Shown in pieces: positions 37,801 to 49,888 of a DNA stretch of 64,000 bases. The DNA lies in NCBI GenBank assembly GCA_965645245.1, contig OZ287067.1, forward strand, positions 1,674,001-1,738,000, in the 5' to 3' direction. Numbering within the stretch: the stretch's first letter is position 1; each line of letters starts with the position of its first letter. Origin of the DNA: Massalongia carnosa. Lineage: Eukaryota. The position numbers and the translations under genes were made by a program. A model generated the notes under the pieces. It saw only the letters and a list, made by a program, of their open reading frames with translations, did no database searches and had not been told where the DNA came from.

Positions 37801-39266
37801 ACAGCGGAATTCAGTTGGCTGAATGCGAAGAGAGGGATGGTGTTCTTTACTTCCGAAATCGACGATATGTACCAAAATCAGACAGATTGAGACTCACGAT
37901 TCTGCAATTAGCCCACGATAGTGTGGTAGGTGGCCATCCAGGACGTGCGAAATGCTTCGAGATTATCGGCCGCTCCTATTGGTGGCCCAGTATGCATAAG
38001 ACCATTCAGCAATTCGTACGAAACTGCCATGTGTGTAAACGGTCTAAACCATCGCGGGAAAGATATCAAGGATGGTTGCGACCGTTGCCTCCGCCAGAAC
38101 GCCGCTGGCGGGACGTATCCATGGATTATGTCGGTCCTCTCCCCGTAAGTACCTTTATGGGAGTCACCTATCGCTACATTCTTGTATTCGTGGATCGATT
38201 ATCCAAACAAAAGCATTACGCACCTACCATAACGATGGAAGTCGAAGAAGCCGCAACAGCTTTCTATTGGTATGTATGGAAACACCATGGCCTGCCTGAT
38301 GTTCTAGTTTCTGATCGTGGATCCCAATTCGTATCGGACTTCTGGCAAACATTGTGCAAACGACTAAAGATTGATGCTCGTTTATCAACCAGTTATCATC
38401 CTGAAACAGATTGTCAAACGGAAAGAGCAAATGCGTCAATGGAGCATTACCTTAGGGCTTATGTGAATTATATGCAGGATGATTGGGTCGAATTTCTTCC
38501 TGGCGCTGAATTCGCTGCCAATAACATTGATTCATCTAGCACTCTGGCATCGCCATTTTTAGCAAATTCAGGGCAACACCCCCGCATGGGCTTTGAACCT
38601 GCAGAACCTCTACCGGAAAATATATCGACCCAGGCCCGGGCAAATCTGATTGCTGCTGATAAATTCGCTAACAGGATGCAGAAATTAGATTCTCACCTGC
38701 GTGACGAAATGCTAATTGCCCAAGCCATATATGAATCCAACGTCAACGCAAATCGTCGTCCCTGCCCTCGTTATTCTGTCGGAGATATGGTCTGGTTAAA
38801 CACAAAGAATATCCAGACTGCCAGACCTACGGTGAAATTGGACGACAGAAATATAGGACCATATCGGGTGAATCGTGTCTTCCCAAACAATCCTTTAATC
38901 GTACAGTTGGAACTCCCAGAGACTGTCAAGATTCATCCTGTTTTCCATGTCAATCTCTTGCAACACGACCCTGCCGACCCTTTGCCCGGTCACCACCCAG
39001 CACCGCGTGATCCTGTTATCGCAGAAGACGGGCAACGGGAATGGTATGTAAACAGCATTCTGAACTCAAAATACGATCGCCGTTATCAGCCGCCTCTGTT
39101 GCAGTATTTCGTTAATTGGGAAGGACATACCCCCTACTTGGGAACCATTCAACTTCCTAACTAATTGTCAGCAAGCCTTAGACGACTTTCATTCTGCTTA
39201 CCCTGCCGCCGCCGGACCACACATCACCCCATGTACAACTCCCTGCTGTCGTTGCCAAGAAATTTA
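34821..39266 (+). CDS. pol: Gypsy Pol (family B) with chromodomain; +1 insertion near 39130
   Basis: LVDSGA, YLDD, ETDASD, HHCC, DDE, GPY, chromodomain. The tail TWEPFNFLTNC..CRCQEI* continues in the other frame. Confidence 0.94.
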
Positions 39267-40278
39267 GTCAACTCGCAGGAGCTCGTTCTTGAAGAGGGGA
39301 GCTACAGTCACGGAATCGCTTCGCACCCTCCCGCTTATCCTGATCGGGTTAGTATTTAACAGGGCCTATTGCTGTGAAACTTCACCCATCGTGCTCAGGC
39401 GTTCTTCTGCCGCCCTCAGCGCACTATTAATCTCCTATAATCCGTATTCCAATCTCAACGTCTCCACTATCCAGGCTTATGAGTGAGAGTGCTTCAGCAC
39501 AGATAAAGGCGGGATAGGTCAAAGCAACCATGTTAAGGAAATTAGTATAGGAACAGAGATAGGGCAAGTCGAGAATAGGAGAGTTGAAAGCCATGGCTAT
39601 AAAGTCTATGTGGTTTCCCAGGTGTTTAGAGCTCTTCATCGGACGTCTTGTGTATTATTCTCACCTTCTAGTTTTAGCATATCTAGATATCCGTTCTGCA
39701 AGATAGAGTCTTGTATCTCTCCAGCCCTCCCCTGACAATGTAAAGCCAAAACAACTACTAAGATAATAAGGTCCCGCCTAACCCAGTTAGGCATAGTGTA
39801 GGGACTTAACTTATTATAGTGGTATTCTTCTAGTACGATTGATGACGCTGAAAGTCCTTGCTAGCGTACATGAGACGTGTATTAGTGTTTATCAGCTTAT
39901 AAGGGGAATACAATACTAAAATAGTCTAGAAAATCTCGAATTGCTTCTGTTCTCTTTGTCAAAAAGACAGTACTACTATATCTGATATTCAGTAGAAGGT
40001 ATTAATTATCATCATTATCATGCCTAATATACAGAGCAATAGTCTCACGATTACACAAAGAATACAGGCTTAGCGCTTATAGAATACGGAATTGCGGCGA
40101 AAACTGTGCAAGCAGTAACTGGAGCCTCCACAAGATCGATTTCAGCTCTCAAAATCAAAGCACGATAGCGTGGATATGATCTAGCTGTATCTCTTGTTTT
40201 AGAAGTAGAATCGTTCAGGACGACCTAAAAAGGCTACACCGGAGGTAGAGTAAGCTATATTGAATAATGTAGTATAAG

Positions 40279-40430
40279 TACGCCGCGTAACGGGTCGGGT
40301 TTCTCTACTGAAAACCTAACCCGTTTGTGGCGAACCCTACGATTTTTGGTGTCCGGGTTGAGTTTTGAAAGAAAAACCTGGTGGTGAAAAAGCAATTTTG
40401 TGGCTTAAACCCAACCCGTTGCGCGGCGTA
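40279..40430. mobile_element. 152-bp MITE, hAT-like
   Basis: 24-bp imperfect TIRs TACGCCGCGTAACGGGTCGGGTTT / AAACCCAACCCGTTGCGCGGCGTA, flanked by 8-mers AGTATAAG / AGTGCAAG. Confidence 0.75.
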
Positions 40431-40482
40431 AGTGCAAGATCGAAATAGCAGAGAAAAATTATCAGCTATTATTGGCTTTGAT

Positions 40483-41341
40483 GATGATATATTCATATTC
40501 CGATATGATACCGGCCGTAGGCCGGCCCATGCGGGCAAAGCTATATTAGTTATGTTACATGGAAAAGCTTTCACAGGAGTAAAAACTATATCCCTTTGTT
40601 ATAATCTACCTAGAGACAAGTCATAGGGACACTAGAAACGAATACAATAAAGATGAAAAAGAAAAAAGACTATCGACAACCAGAACCTGCTCCTATATAT
40701 GCTCTACTACGCTAGTACCCATATAGTATAGTCATCATAGAATCTTCTAGTAGCTGCGGGAACGAAATCGAAAGTGCCTGCATGTTCCATCTACTATTAC
40801 CCTAGGCGGTGCCGAGTGCCGAGGTCGTGCCGTGTAGAATCGTGACACCCTTGATACCCATCCGATGTGACTACGGGTCGACGTCGGGCGGGAGACGCAG
40901 TGCAAAAGACGTGTAGGAACCCTAAAGCCTTGTGAAAAGAAAAGAAAGAAAGAAATATTCAACTATTGTTGATTTTACAATAATGTTAATTCTAGTGAGA
41001 ATTGATTCAATAAGCCTGTTTTCATTAGCCAAGCAGTTAGTATCTTCAGAGTTTTTGATGTTTGGTCAGCTGCTGATAGTCGCTCGTGCCGGCGGCGCGA
41101 AACATCTGTTCTCTATTGTCAATAAGTCTGCAGAACATGATTACATGTTCTGGAGTTTGTCTATGCCAGCCACATAAGCAGGCCGGTGAGGTGACGAAGG
41201 GTACCCGTCGCTTGAAGGAAGTCAGCTAACCCGATCTTGCCAGTGCGGATTTGAGTTGTTAGAGCGCTTTCTGCCTTTTTAACTGCGTGTGTATTTTCAG
41301 CCGTTTTTTGCTCAGTAGGACTGATTTTGCTATGGAAAGTG
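40483..41341 (-). mobile_element. 5'-truncated non-LTR retrotransposon (Tad1-type LINE 3' end)
   Basis: 12-bp TSD ATTGGCTTTGAT (40471-40482, 41342-41353). Minus strand encodes TQIRTGKIGL..ACLCGWHRQTPEHVIMFC (ORF2 CCHC knuckle)..WLMKTGLLNQFSL, then 3' hairpins and an (ATC)n tail. Confidence 0.88.
40597..40847. mobile_element. Solo LTR (251 bp) inside the LINE 3' UTR
   Basis: TG..CA ends, TSD CCCTT. Related copy at 53612-53854. Confidence 0.85.
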
Positions 41342-42726
41342 ATTGGCTTTGATCATAAACTCTCCTCCACTACTATACTTCTACGCTTAAACAGAACGGG
41401 TTTCACCCCTGTAAAAGCACGAAAAAGCCAGGTCTAGACTCGATTATAAAAGAGGCTGGTCTGCAATTTTGTTTGCGATATCAGTACTGGACTATTGACG
41501 ATTAGAAAAACGTTATATAGACTGACGAAATAAGCATTAAATTAGGTTCTAGACGTGGAAGAAGACTTCAGTGGCGTACCTCGAAAGAAATGTATGCTAA
41601 AACGTGTATTCGACGTAGATAGAAAAGATGCTCTGAGTTTTTGTTTTAGGGCTGTTTTTCGTACGATAAGAAAAGACCTTTTCATATCTGGAAAAAAGAG
41701 ACTGCAAAAGAGAAAAGAGAGGCCCAAATTGAGTTAAATAAACTCAATAAGACTTTAGAATCAGAAGCTAAAGAGAATTGGTAGTTAGAAACTAGCATGA
41801 GACGAATAAAGCTACGTAATCTAGGAGATTGAAAACCTATCTGGAAATGGGATAAAACATACGGTAAAGTCGTTCGAGATGGCAAGGGAGGTGTAGACTA
41901 CTATCGTTATCAAAAACTCGTCTTAAGTCCTAAGCTTCTTCCGTTTGCAAATAAATGTATGATAGATCGACCAAATACTATCGTACAGGAAGACAAGGCC
42001 CCCAGTCACGTATCCAAAAATCAAAATCTGATCTTTATAGATTTTAACGTCATGCGTCTATTATGGCCTGGAAACTCTCCTGATCTGAACATAATCGAGC
42101 CTTGTTGGTTCTAGATGCAGCCGAAGAACCACTCGATTAGATGCTCCGCGGACTCGTATTGAGGCTGAAAAGGCTTGGACAAAGTGCTGGACGGAGTAGT
42201 TGACGCAGAAAAGAATTCAGTCCTGGATTGAACTTATAAAGCGACATGTTGACGAGGTGATATTGTTGGACGGAGGTAACGAGTATAGAGAAGGTAGAGA
42301 GATCGGAGTCGTACGACCGTATAATAAAGAAGATCGCCGTGTTCGATATCATCGCGCTCATCTCAAACGAGAAAGTACTGACAGCGATAAATATGAGTGA
42401 TAAAGATGATAGAGATAGTAATTCTAAATACCTTCCTGCGATTATTCGATGGATTAATATTAAATAAATATCAATCTATACAAATATACCCATGTAAAGT
42501 GGCCTTTTTAGCTGCATATTTAGCGTTAGTAAGGACTTTTAGCGTCATATTTCGTACACGAAGTATTCCCTCGCCTCGCCTTACCTACCCTAGCTCGCCT
42601 GTCTAGTCTCATCTACCCAAGTATTTCGGTAACCGAAGTAATTCGGTGACCGAAAATACCGGGTAACCGTGCGACCGAGGTAAATCCGATAGACCGCACC
42701 CGGAGCTAAGCTCCAGGTACGGCTTA

Positions 42727-42857
42727 CCTCTATAGCGCTATCATCTCTATGACCCTATCATCTCTATGACGCTATCACCTCCATGCCGCTATTATCTCTA
42801 TGACGCTATCATCTCTATGACGCTATTATCTCAATGACGTTATTATCTCTATGACGC
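42727..42857. repeat. 17-bp subterminal tandem repeat (CTCTATGACGCTATCAT, ~7 copies)
   Basis: Direct reading. Confidence 0.85.
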
Positions 42858-45155
42858 ATTTCTCAACCTATTTACATTATATCTATTGATTGACCCTTTC
42901 AAAATAAAGCTATTCAAAATCAAAGGCTGAAATTTATCTATCCAGCTTTCGGCCTTTTTATGTACCAAGCCAAACCGTTTAGCTATCGCTTTTCTATAGA
43001 GAAATATTTTCTTTTGTCTAGCCGTCTCAGCACGCTTTTAACGACCCTCCTCCCTTTCCATCTCTTCTTGGGTACGATGTAGGTGATTGTGTCTTATATC
43101 TCGAACGGTAACGATTCCTCCCTTCTAAACAACGGTACCAGTAAGCTTTTTCGGGGCCCTTTTAGCTAATGCAGCTATGTGTGTTGCTTGCAATTCGCGT
43201 TGCGTCAATTCTAGTAAATTAGCGTTTGCAACCGACCCTTTGATAAAACGTCGCATTCTTCCTAGAGTAATTTCATTATTATCATTCATTTGCTGAATAA
43301 TGTTTTTCCCTTCCTTAGTAACGTCTTTGGACATTCTGGGGGTATGAGGTAGGATTATTGTCTCCGAAGATAATATTGGTAGTAGTAGTAATGCCGGATT
43401 TAAAGCAGGAATTTTGGTCAAGACTACCTCCGGATTGTAAGTTATCAACACAGTTTTTCCCAGGCTGATTTAATAGAAGATAATTTGAATGCATTCGTAC
43501 AAAATTAATTAAATGCAGCTAGAAAATCTAGACAATTGAAGTCAACGTCACCCAACCGAATAGCGTTGTCAACCGCTTCAGCATAATAATATTTTATTAG
43601 CTGAAAAACACTAACGTCCAATGGCAGCGTCAAATTTGTTGAACAGGGGGGGGTAATCTGAATAAACAGATCTTATTTTCTTTCGAATATTCCCAAAATT
43701 AATACTTTAATAAGATCTATATCCATCCAACAAAAGAAGCCTAATCGCTCCTTTTGAACATTTTTTGAATGAGCATTAAAATGCTTTAACTATTCTAATG
43801 CTAGACAATCATTCGAATAGTCGCTATCGCTTATAGTCAACGAGATATCATCTTTCAAATTATTTAGTAAGGCCCATTTGTGAAGTATGATGACCCCTTT
43901 TAAAATCAAAAAAGATGGAACGCTTCCGCCAACTCTATTGATACAATCGACCGAAGTTATATAGTCTCGATTTGTCATGGAATTACCTCGCACCTCCTAC
44001 GTTTCCCGATCGGGTTAGTATTTAGCAGGCTCTCTTGCCGTGAAACCTGCCCCGCATATTGAATGGAACCGTGGCCCGTTATTCCGAACTATCCTGAAAC
44101 CTCACCCCATGTGTTCAGACGTTCTTCCGCTGCCGTCAGTGCACTCCCAAACTCCTATATCCCGAATCCAATCTCAACGTCTCTACTATCCAGGCCTACG
44201 ACTGGGATTGCCCAGCAGAGAGAGATTGCTTCGGCATAGGGAAAGGCGGAACAGGTCAAAGCGATCATGGTTAGGAAATTAGAACAGGAACAGAGATAAG
44301 GGCAAGTCAAGTATAGGGGAGTTGGAAGCCATGGCTATAAAACCTATGTGGTTTCTCAGGTGTTTGGAGCTCTTCGTCGGACGTCTTGTATACAATCCCT
44401 AGACCTAGCTTTCTAAATAGTAACTCTTGCATATCTCCCTATCCGGACCTTGTCCGTGACATTACGTCCGACCTACATTCAAGTGTTTCTTTGTTTTCTC
44501 TTTCCCCTATAACGATTGTTAATCATGTCTTTTCAAGAAGAAACCGCAAATCTGCCTCAGGAACCTGAGTTAGCCCAAAAGGAGCGAGAACATGTCAGCA
44601 ATAACCCGGACGAGTTCATCGCTGCCTATCGAGACCTGGAATGACAATTAGCTGAGATTCGAAACGCGGTTCCTCTAGCTATTAATCAAACGTCTCCTAA
44701 CCCATTATTAGCAACCCCGTCATCAACTCCTTCTTCTTCCGTTCCGAGCTCCCAGCTGGCCGCCAGTATAGAACAGCTAATGAGATGACCAGCGTTTCCG
44801 CCCAGGTCCGAGAAACTTCCTGACATACCGGAGTATGACGGTGACGAGGACAAACTCGATGCTTGGGAACAGAATCTAATTCAAAAAATACACATTAACC
44901 ATGACCGATACTTTTCCGATGAGGCCAAGATAGCTTATGCGGAGAGTAGACTCACCATCAGCAAGCGAGCTCATCTGCTCATGACTCCCTACCGGATAGA
45001 TGGCTTATGCCGCCTAACCTCTTTTTCGGACTGGAGAGCGAATCTTCGTCTGGCCTGTGGTAACCCCTTCGAGCAAGAGGATGCCCGTAAATATTTGCGA
45101 GACACCCTGAAACAGGGTAACCTAATCTTTGAGGAATATTATAACCTTTTCTCTC

Positions 45156-45698
45156 AGTCATGAAACGGCTTCGAACCAAAAGGACCTCGGCCTTATCCCT
45201 AGTTGCCCCTCTATCCTGTCCCTACCTACCGTACCGCAGGTTCATTGGAGCTGCCGCGGATTCATTGGACCTAACGCAGGTTCATTGGACCTAACGCAGG
45301 TTTATTGGACCTAACGCAGGTTCATTGGAACTACCGCGGGTTCACTGGACCTACCGCAGGTTCATTAGACCTACCACAGCTTTATTGGTCAGTACGCGCT
45401 GTTCCAACCTTTCTCGATGCGGTTAGATCGAGTACGGCTCCGCCTCCGATCTTCGAAACCATAATTACCCGGTCCCAATTAGGTGTCTTCGTATTAACTT
45501 AGGAAAAGGAGATAAATAGGAGAAATCGAAGATTAAGGAAACAAAGGGGTAAGGAGGTAAGGAACAGATATAAAAGAAGGGGTCGAGTCTCGAAAGTTCT
45601 GGCTCCTTGTCCGACGTCTTGAATAGCCAATCTAGCCTAGCTGTAGCTATAGACTCAGTTAATTATTAAGCTTGACAATCCAATCCAGTCCCTTGACA
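45156..45698 (+). mobile_element. Solo LTR in gag, with a 20-bp tandem array (CGCAGGTTCATTGGACCTAA, ~7 copies)
   Basis: AGTCA..TGACA ends, TSD CTCTC/CTCTT. Removing it restores gag. Confidence 0.85.
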
Positions 45699-48600
45699 CT
45701 CTTAGAAGAAGGAATGATCTAAAATGGAAGACGCCTCCCTTATCGATGCGATAAAGGCCAACATCAACTATTCCACCCAAACAGCGGCCATCAATTATCG
45801 AGTCCCCGGAACCAATCAGGAGCCTGTCACCTTCGACGAACATGTTGCAATGTGGGCCCAAACGGATTAAAAAATTCGTCAAATCAGGCATATCTCGCCA
45901 CGCAAAGCCTCTGGAGCCTCAATTAGCAACTCCTCAACTAAAAAGGGGGCATCCGTCGCCACCACTACTGCCGTTGTCAGAAGTCCTGCCCCCCGCTCCT
46001 CCACCATCGTCGTCGCTCCAGCCGTCACCCCTGCTGCGGTTCCTTCGCTTCCCGTAGGGGATCCGATGGACCTCAGCTCCGCCATAGCCGCTGTGAAAGG
46101 CCAAAGCCTGAAAGTCCCCGGAGTCAAGGAAATCTGCAAGCAATGGAGACAATGCTTCTACTGTAAGCAATCGCACCCTGGGAAGACCGCAATCGACTTT
46201 CCCAACAAGAAGGACCCGTCTACTATTCGGTCTCGTGTCCTTTACAACGACTCCGACGCCTCTAACGATGCAGCGGGAAAAGCCTGAGCCCCGTATTCAG
46301 TCGCATACGAGGGCTTCGAAAGCCTGATTTATTGATTTCTGCATGTCTTTTTTCTGCATCATTTTCACCCCCCCTAATGTCCAACGCTCGTTTTTCTGCA
46401 GCGTCCGCTTTGACCTTGTTTGAAAACAATGAAACTTTCAAAGATAGCCATATTGTTGTCTCATGTATATTACGTCGTCTGCAAGCAAGGATAAGAGCTT
46501 TAATTCTCATTGACTCTGGTGCATCAGGTTACTTATTGATCTATAAAGAATTCGCGCACCTTCATCAATTCCCCCTTCACCCCCTTAAATACCCTCGCCG
46601 ACTCCTAGGTTTCGATGGTCAGCCTGCTCTGACCGGAAACATCACCCATGTGGCAGAAGTAACCATGGATCTCAATAGACACATAGAGAAACTGTTCCTA
46701 TATGTGACCGGATTAAGACATTACCCCATCGTCCTAGGACACCCATGGCTGCGTCGACATGGCGCTATCACTAACTTCACCAATAATACCCTGTCATTAT
46801 CTTCCCTATTTTGCCTAGCACATTGCTGTCCCGGCCCCGTTATGGTTCATTCAACTATCGCCGAGGAAGAACAGTTCCTTATACCTGCCGAAAGTCAGAA
46901 GGTATGGTAGACTAAAGATCAAGAAACAATTCTGCAATCTAGTCAAACAGAACCATCGAAATTTGACTTTCAGGTTGAAGACAGGCCCAGTCGAATCCTA
47001 ACCGCCATGCAAAAAGGCGTCTCCCCTAGGATCCGATATCGGTCCGGGAGCTACGTTCGTTTAGCACCCCGCCTACATACCTCAAACCCCCTGCTCAGTA
47101 AACTAACCGCGGTTGAATCCGCACCAACCAACTCAGCCTAGCTTCGAGTCAGTAAGGTGAGCGCCGGCACGTTCGACCGCCTCGCAAGACAGAAGGACCA
47201 CGAGATATTCAGTATCTCCCTCCAAGAAATAGACCGGTTCTTAGGTATATAATCGCCTTTAAAACCCCCTAGCCCTAGCTCCAGGTCATCTATTAAGTTA
47301 ATAGCAACCCACGTTTTCCCCCCATTTAACACTAAGGCCTGTCTAAGTGATAAGGACACGCACCTAGCCATTTGCAGAATGCACAATGAACTTTCTCTAG
47401 AAACCTCCGTCACTCAAGAAGAACTTGAGCACGCTCGGCAGCAAAAGAACGTTGACCCGGCACCTCTGCTTCCAAAGCAATACCACGACTACCTAGATGT
47501 CTTTTCCAGAAAGGAGTCCGATAAACTACCGGAACACCGCTCCCATGATCACGCCATCGTCTTAAAAGAAGGTTTTCAACCACTTAATTAAGCTCTTCAC
47601 GGGATGAGACGTGATGAGATCCAGGAACTTCGTCGTTATCTGATGAGAATCTAACAAAAGGATTCAGTCGATCTAGCCGCTCACATACAGCCTCCCCGGT
47701 TATGTTTGTTAAGAAGCCCGGCGAAGGACTTCGATTCTGCGTCGACTACCGAGGACTAAACGCTGTCACCATAAAAGTTCTTTATCAAATACCTCTAATC
47801 ACCGAGACTCTCAACCGTTTTTGTAAAGCCAAGATATTTACCAAGTTGGATATTATATCAGCATTCAATCGCCTGAGAATCAAAGAGGGAGACGAAGAAC
47901 TTACTGCTTTCCGGACTCGTTTCGGTCTCTACGAATATCTTCTCATGCCTTTCGGTCTGTGCAACGGACCTGCCTCATTTTAACATTTTATCAATAACAT
48001 CCTAAGGGAATACCTAGATAGATTCTGCACCGCGTATCTAGATGACATCCTTATCTATAGTGATGACGAAATCGAACATGACCTATATATAAAATAAGTC
48101 CTTGTCAAACTCAGAGAGGCCGAACTCCAAGCGGACATCACCAAGTGCGCCTTCGGAGTCACCGAGGTCCCCTATTTGGGTCTCATCGTCACTACTAAGG
48201 GAGTCAAGATGGATCCTGCCAAGATCGATACCGTCATCAATTGGCCTACTCCCGTTAATATTGGGGATGTTCAAAGCTTTCTAGGATTCGCCAATTTCTA
48301 CAGGCGTTTCGTATTGGGGTTCAGTAAAATAGCCTCGCCGTTGACGAACCTAACCAAGAAGGGAACGAAATTCTCCTGGACTAGCGATTGTCAACAAGCC
48401 TTCAATACGATGAAAAAAGCAATTACCTCCGATCTTATTCTCATGCACTTTGATCCAGACAAGAAAATCGTAGTCGAGACGGACGCCTCCGACTTTGTAT
48501 CGGCGGGTATCCTATCGCAATATGATGAAAAAGATATCTTGCGTCCCGTCGCACACTTCTCAAAAAAGCATAACTCTGCCGAGTGTAACTATGAGATCTA

Positions 48601-49619
48601 TGACAAAGAACTCATGTCCATAGTTCGAGCTTTCGAGGAATGGAGACCTGAACTAGAAGGCTCCGCTCAACCAATCGATGTTATTTCAGACCATAAGAAC
48701 CTGGAATATTTCACCTATACCAAGCTTTTGAGTCGGCGCCAGACCCGATGGAGTAAGTTTCTATCTCGATTCGATTATAAGATAGTCTACCGACCTGGGA
48801 AAGCCGGCGGTACACCGGATGCACTAACTCGACGGTCAGGAAACCTCCCTGAAGAAGGGGATGAAACCGATGAGCGGAACTCATTTCATTATCAGACGAT
48901 ACTGAAAACGCATAACCTAGACGACGGAGTAGCCGAGAGCTTCAATTCAACAGTGGTTGGAACCTCCCCAGACCCCATAGTGCTCGCTCCTGCTATTCTT
49001 AATCAAGAACAAGATCTTGACGAGGATGATGACACAGAGACGGATCATGAAGAACCCCAACTAGATTTAGTTACTGATCAGCTAAACCCCGACGATGACC
49101 CAATTGGCGTGGCCACTCAGGACCTTTGGAACCGGGCCCTGGATAGGGATAAGTTTTCACCCCGTGTTCTAGAAATACTTCGAAACGGATCGAGATATTA
49201 TAGCGGCATCAACAAGCAGAGTGCGAAAGACAAAAATAGGATTTTGTACTTCAGAAATCGACAATATGTATCCAAATCAGATAGCCTTCGCCTAAGAATC
49301 CTACAACTCGCTCACAATAGTCTCGCAGGTAGACACCTAGGCCGTGCCAAATGTTATGAACTCATCAGTCGCTCCTATTGGTGGCCTAGCATGCACAAAA
49401 CGGTACAAAGATTCGTCAGAAACTGCTATGTCTGCAAAAGAGCCGAACCCTCCCGTGAACGTTATCAGGGGTGGCTTAGGCCCTTATCTTCACCTGAGCG
49501 ACGCTGGCGCGATGTCGCTATAGATTATGTCGTACCCCTCTCGGCCAGCACCTTCATGGGAATCACCTATTAGTACTTTCTAGTTTTCATAGATCGCCTA
49601 ACCAAGATACGCCATCTGG

Positions 49620-49888
49620 TATAGCACGTCGACATAGATAGAAATCTAATAGGGACTATGTACGAAAACTGGTAAGGTGAAGAAAGAAAGCTATGTATAG
49701 ATCGTCGGTTAATAAACACTTATACCCGTGCTAAGCCTATTGTAGGTTTTCATCACCGTCGTTGAACTGCTCATACCACGCGTGTTAAAAATGTCGCTAC
49801 AAGCACTGCTAAATCCGTTTTCGGTTAGATAAGGTGAATAGCACTACGTCATGTGTTCCCTGAGGTTAGAGCGTTGTAATCCGTGACA
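49620..49888. mobile_element. Solo LTR (269 bp) in the integrase
   Basis: TSD TCTGG, TATAG..TGACA ends. Removing it restores RHLAPV. Confidence 0.85.

Larger units (their letters stand above)
33081..39737 (+). mobile_element. Full-length Ty3/Gypsy chromovirus LTR retrotransposon (family B)
   Basis: 432-bp LTRs at 33081-33512 and 39306-39737 (about 9 differences), TSD ATGTA, PPT GAAGAGGGGAGCTAC. Confidence 0.97.
40020..42400 (+). mobile_element. Tc1/mariner-like transposase relic interrupted by a MITE, a LINE and an LTR
   Basis: N-terminal TQRIQAL..RGYD; C-terminal GKGGVDYYRYQ..QEDKAPSH..WPGNSPDLNIIE; many stops and frameshifts. Confidence 0.75.

Noticed and set aside
40483..40600. This LINE as the autonomous partner of the ribozyme retroposon
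   Set aside because: Its 3' hairpins and (ATC)n tail do not resemble the retroposon's 3' hairpin and A-rich tail
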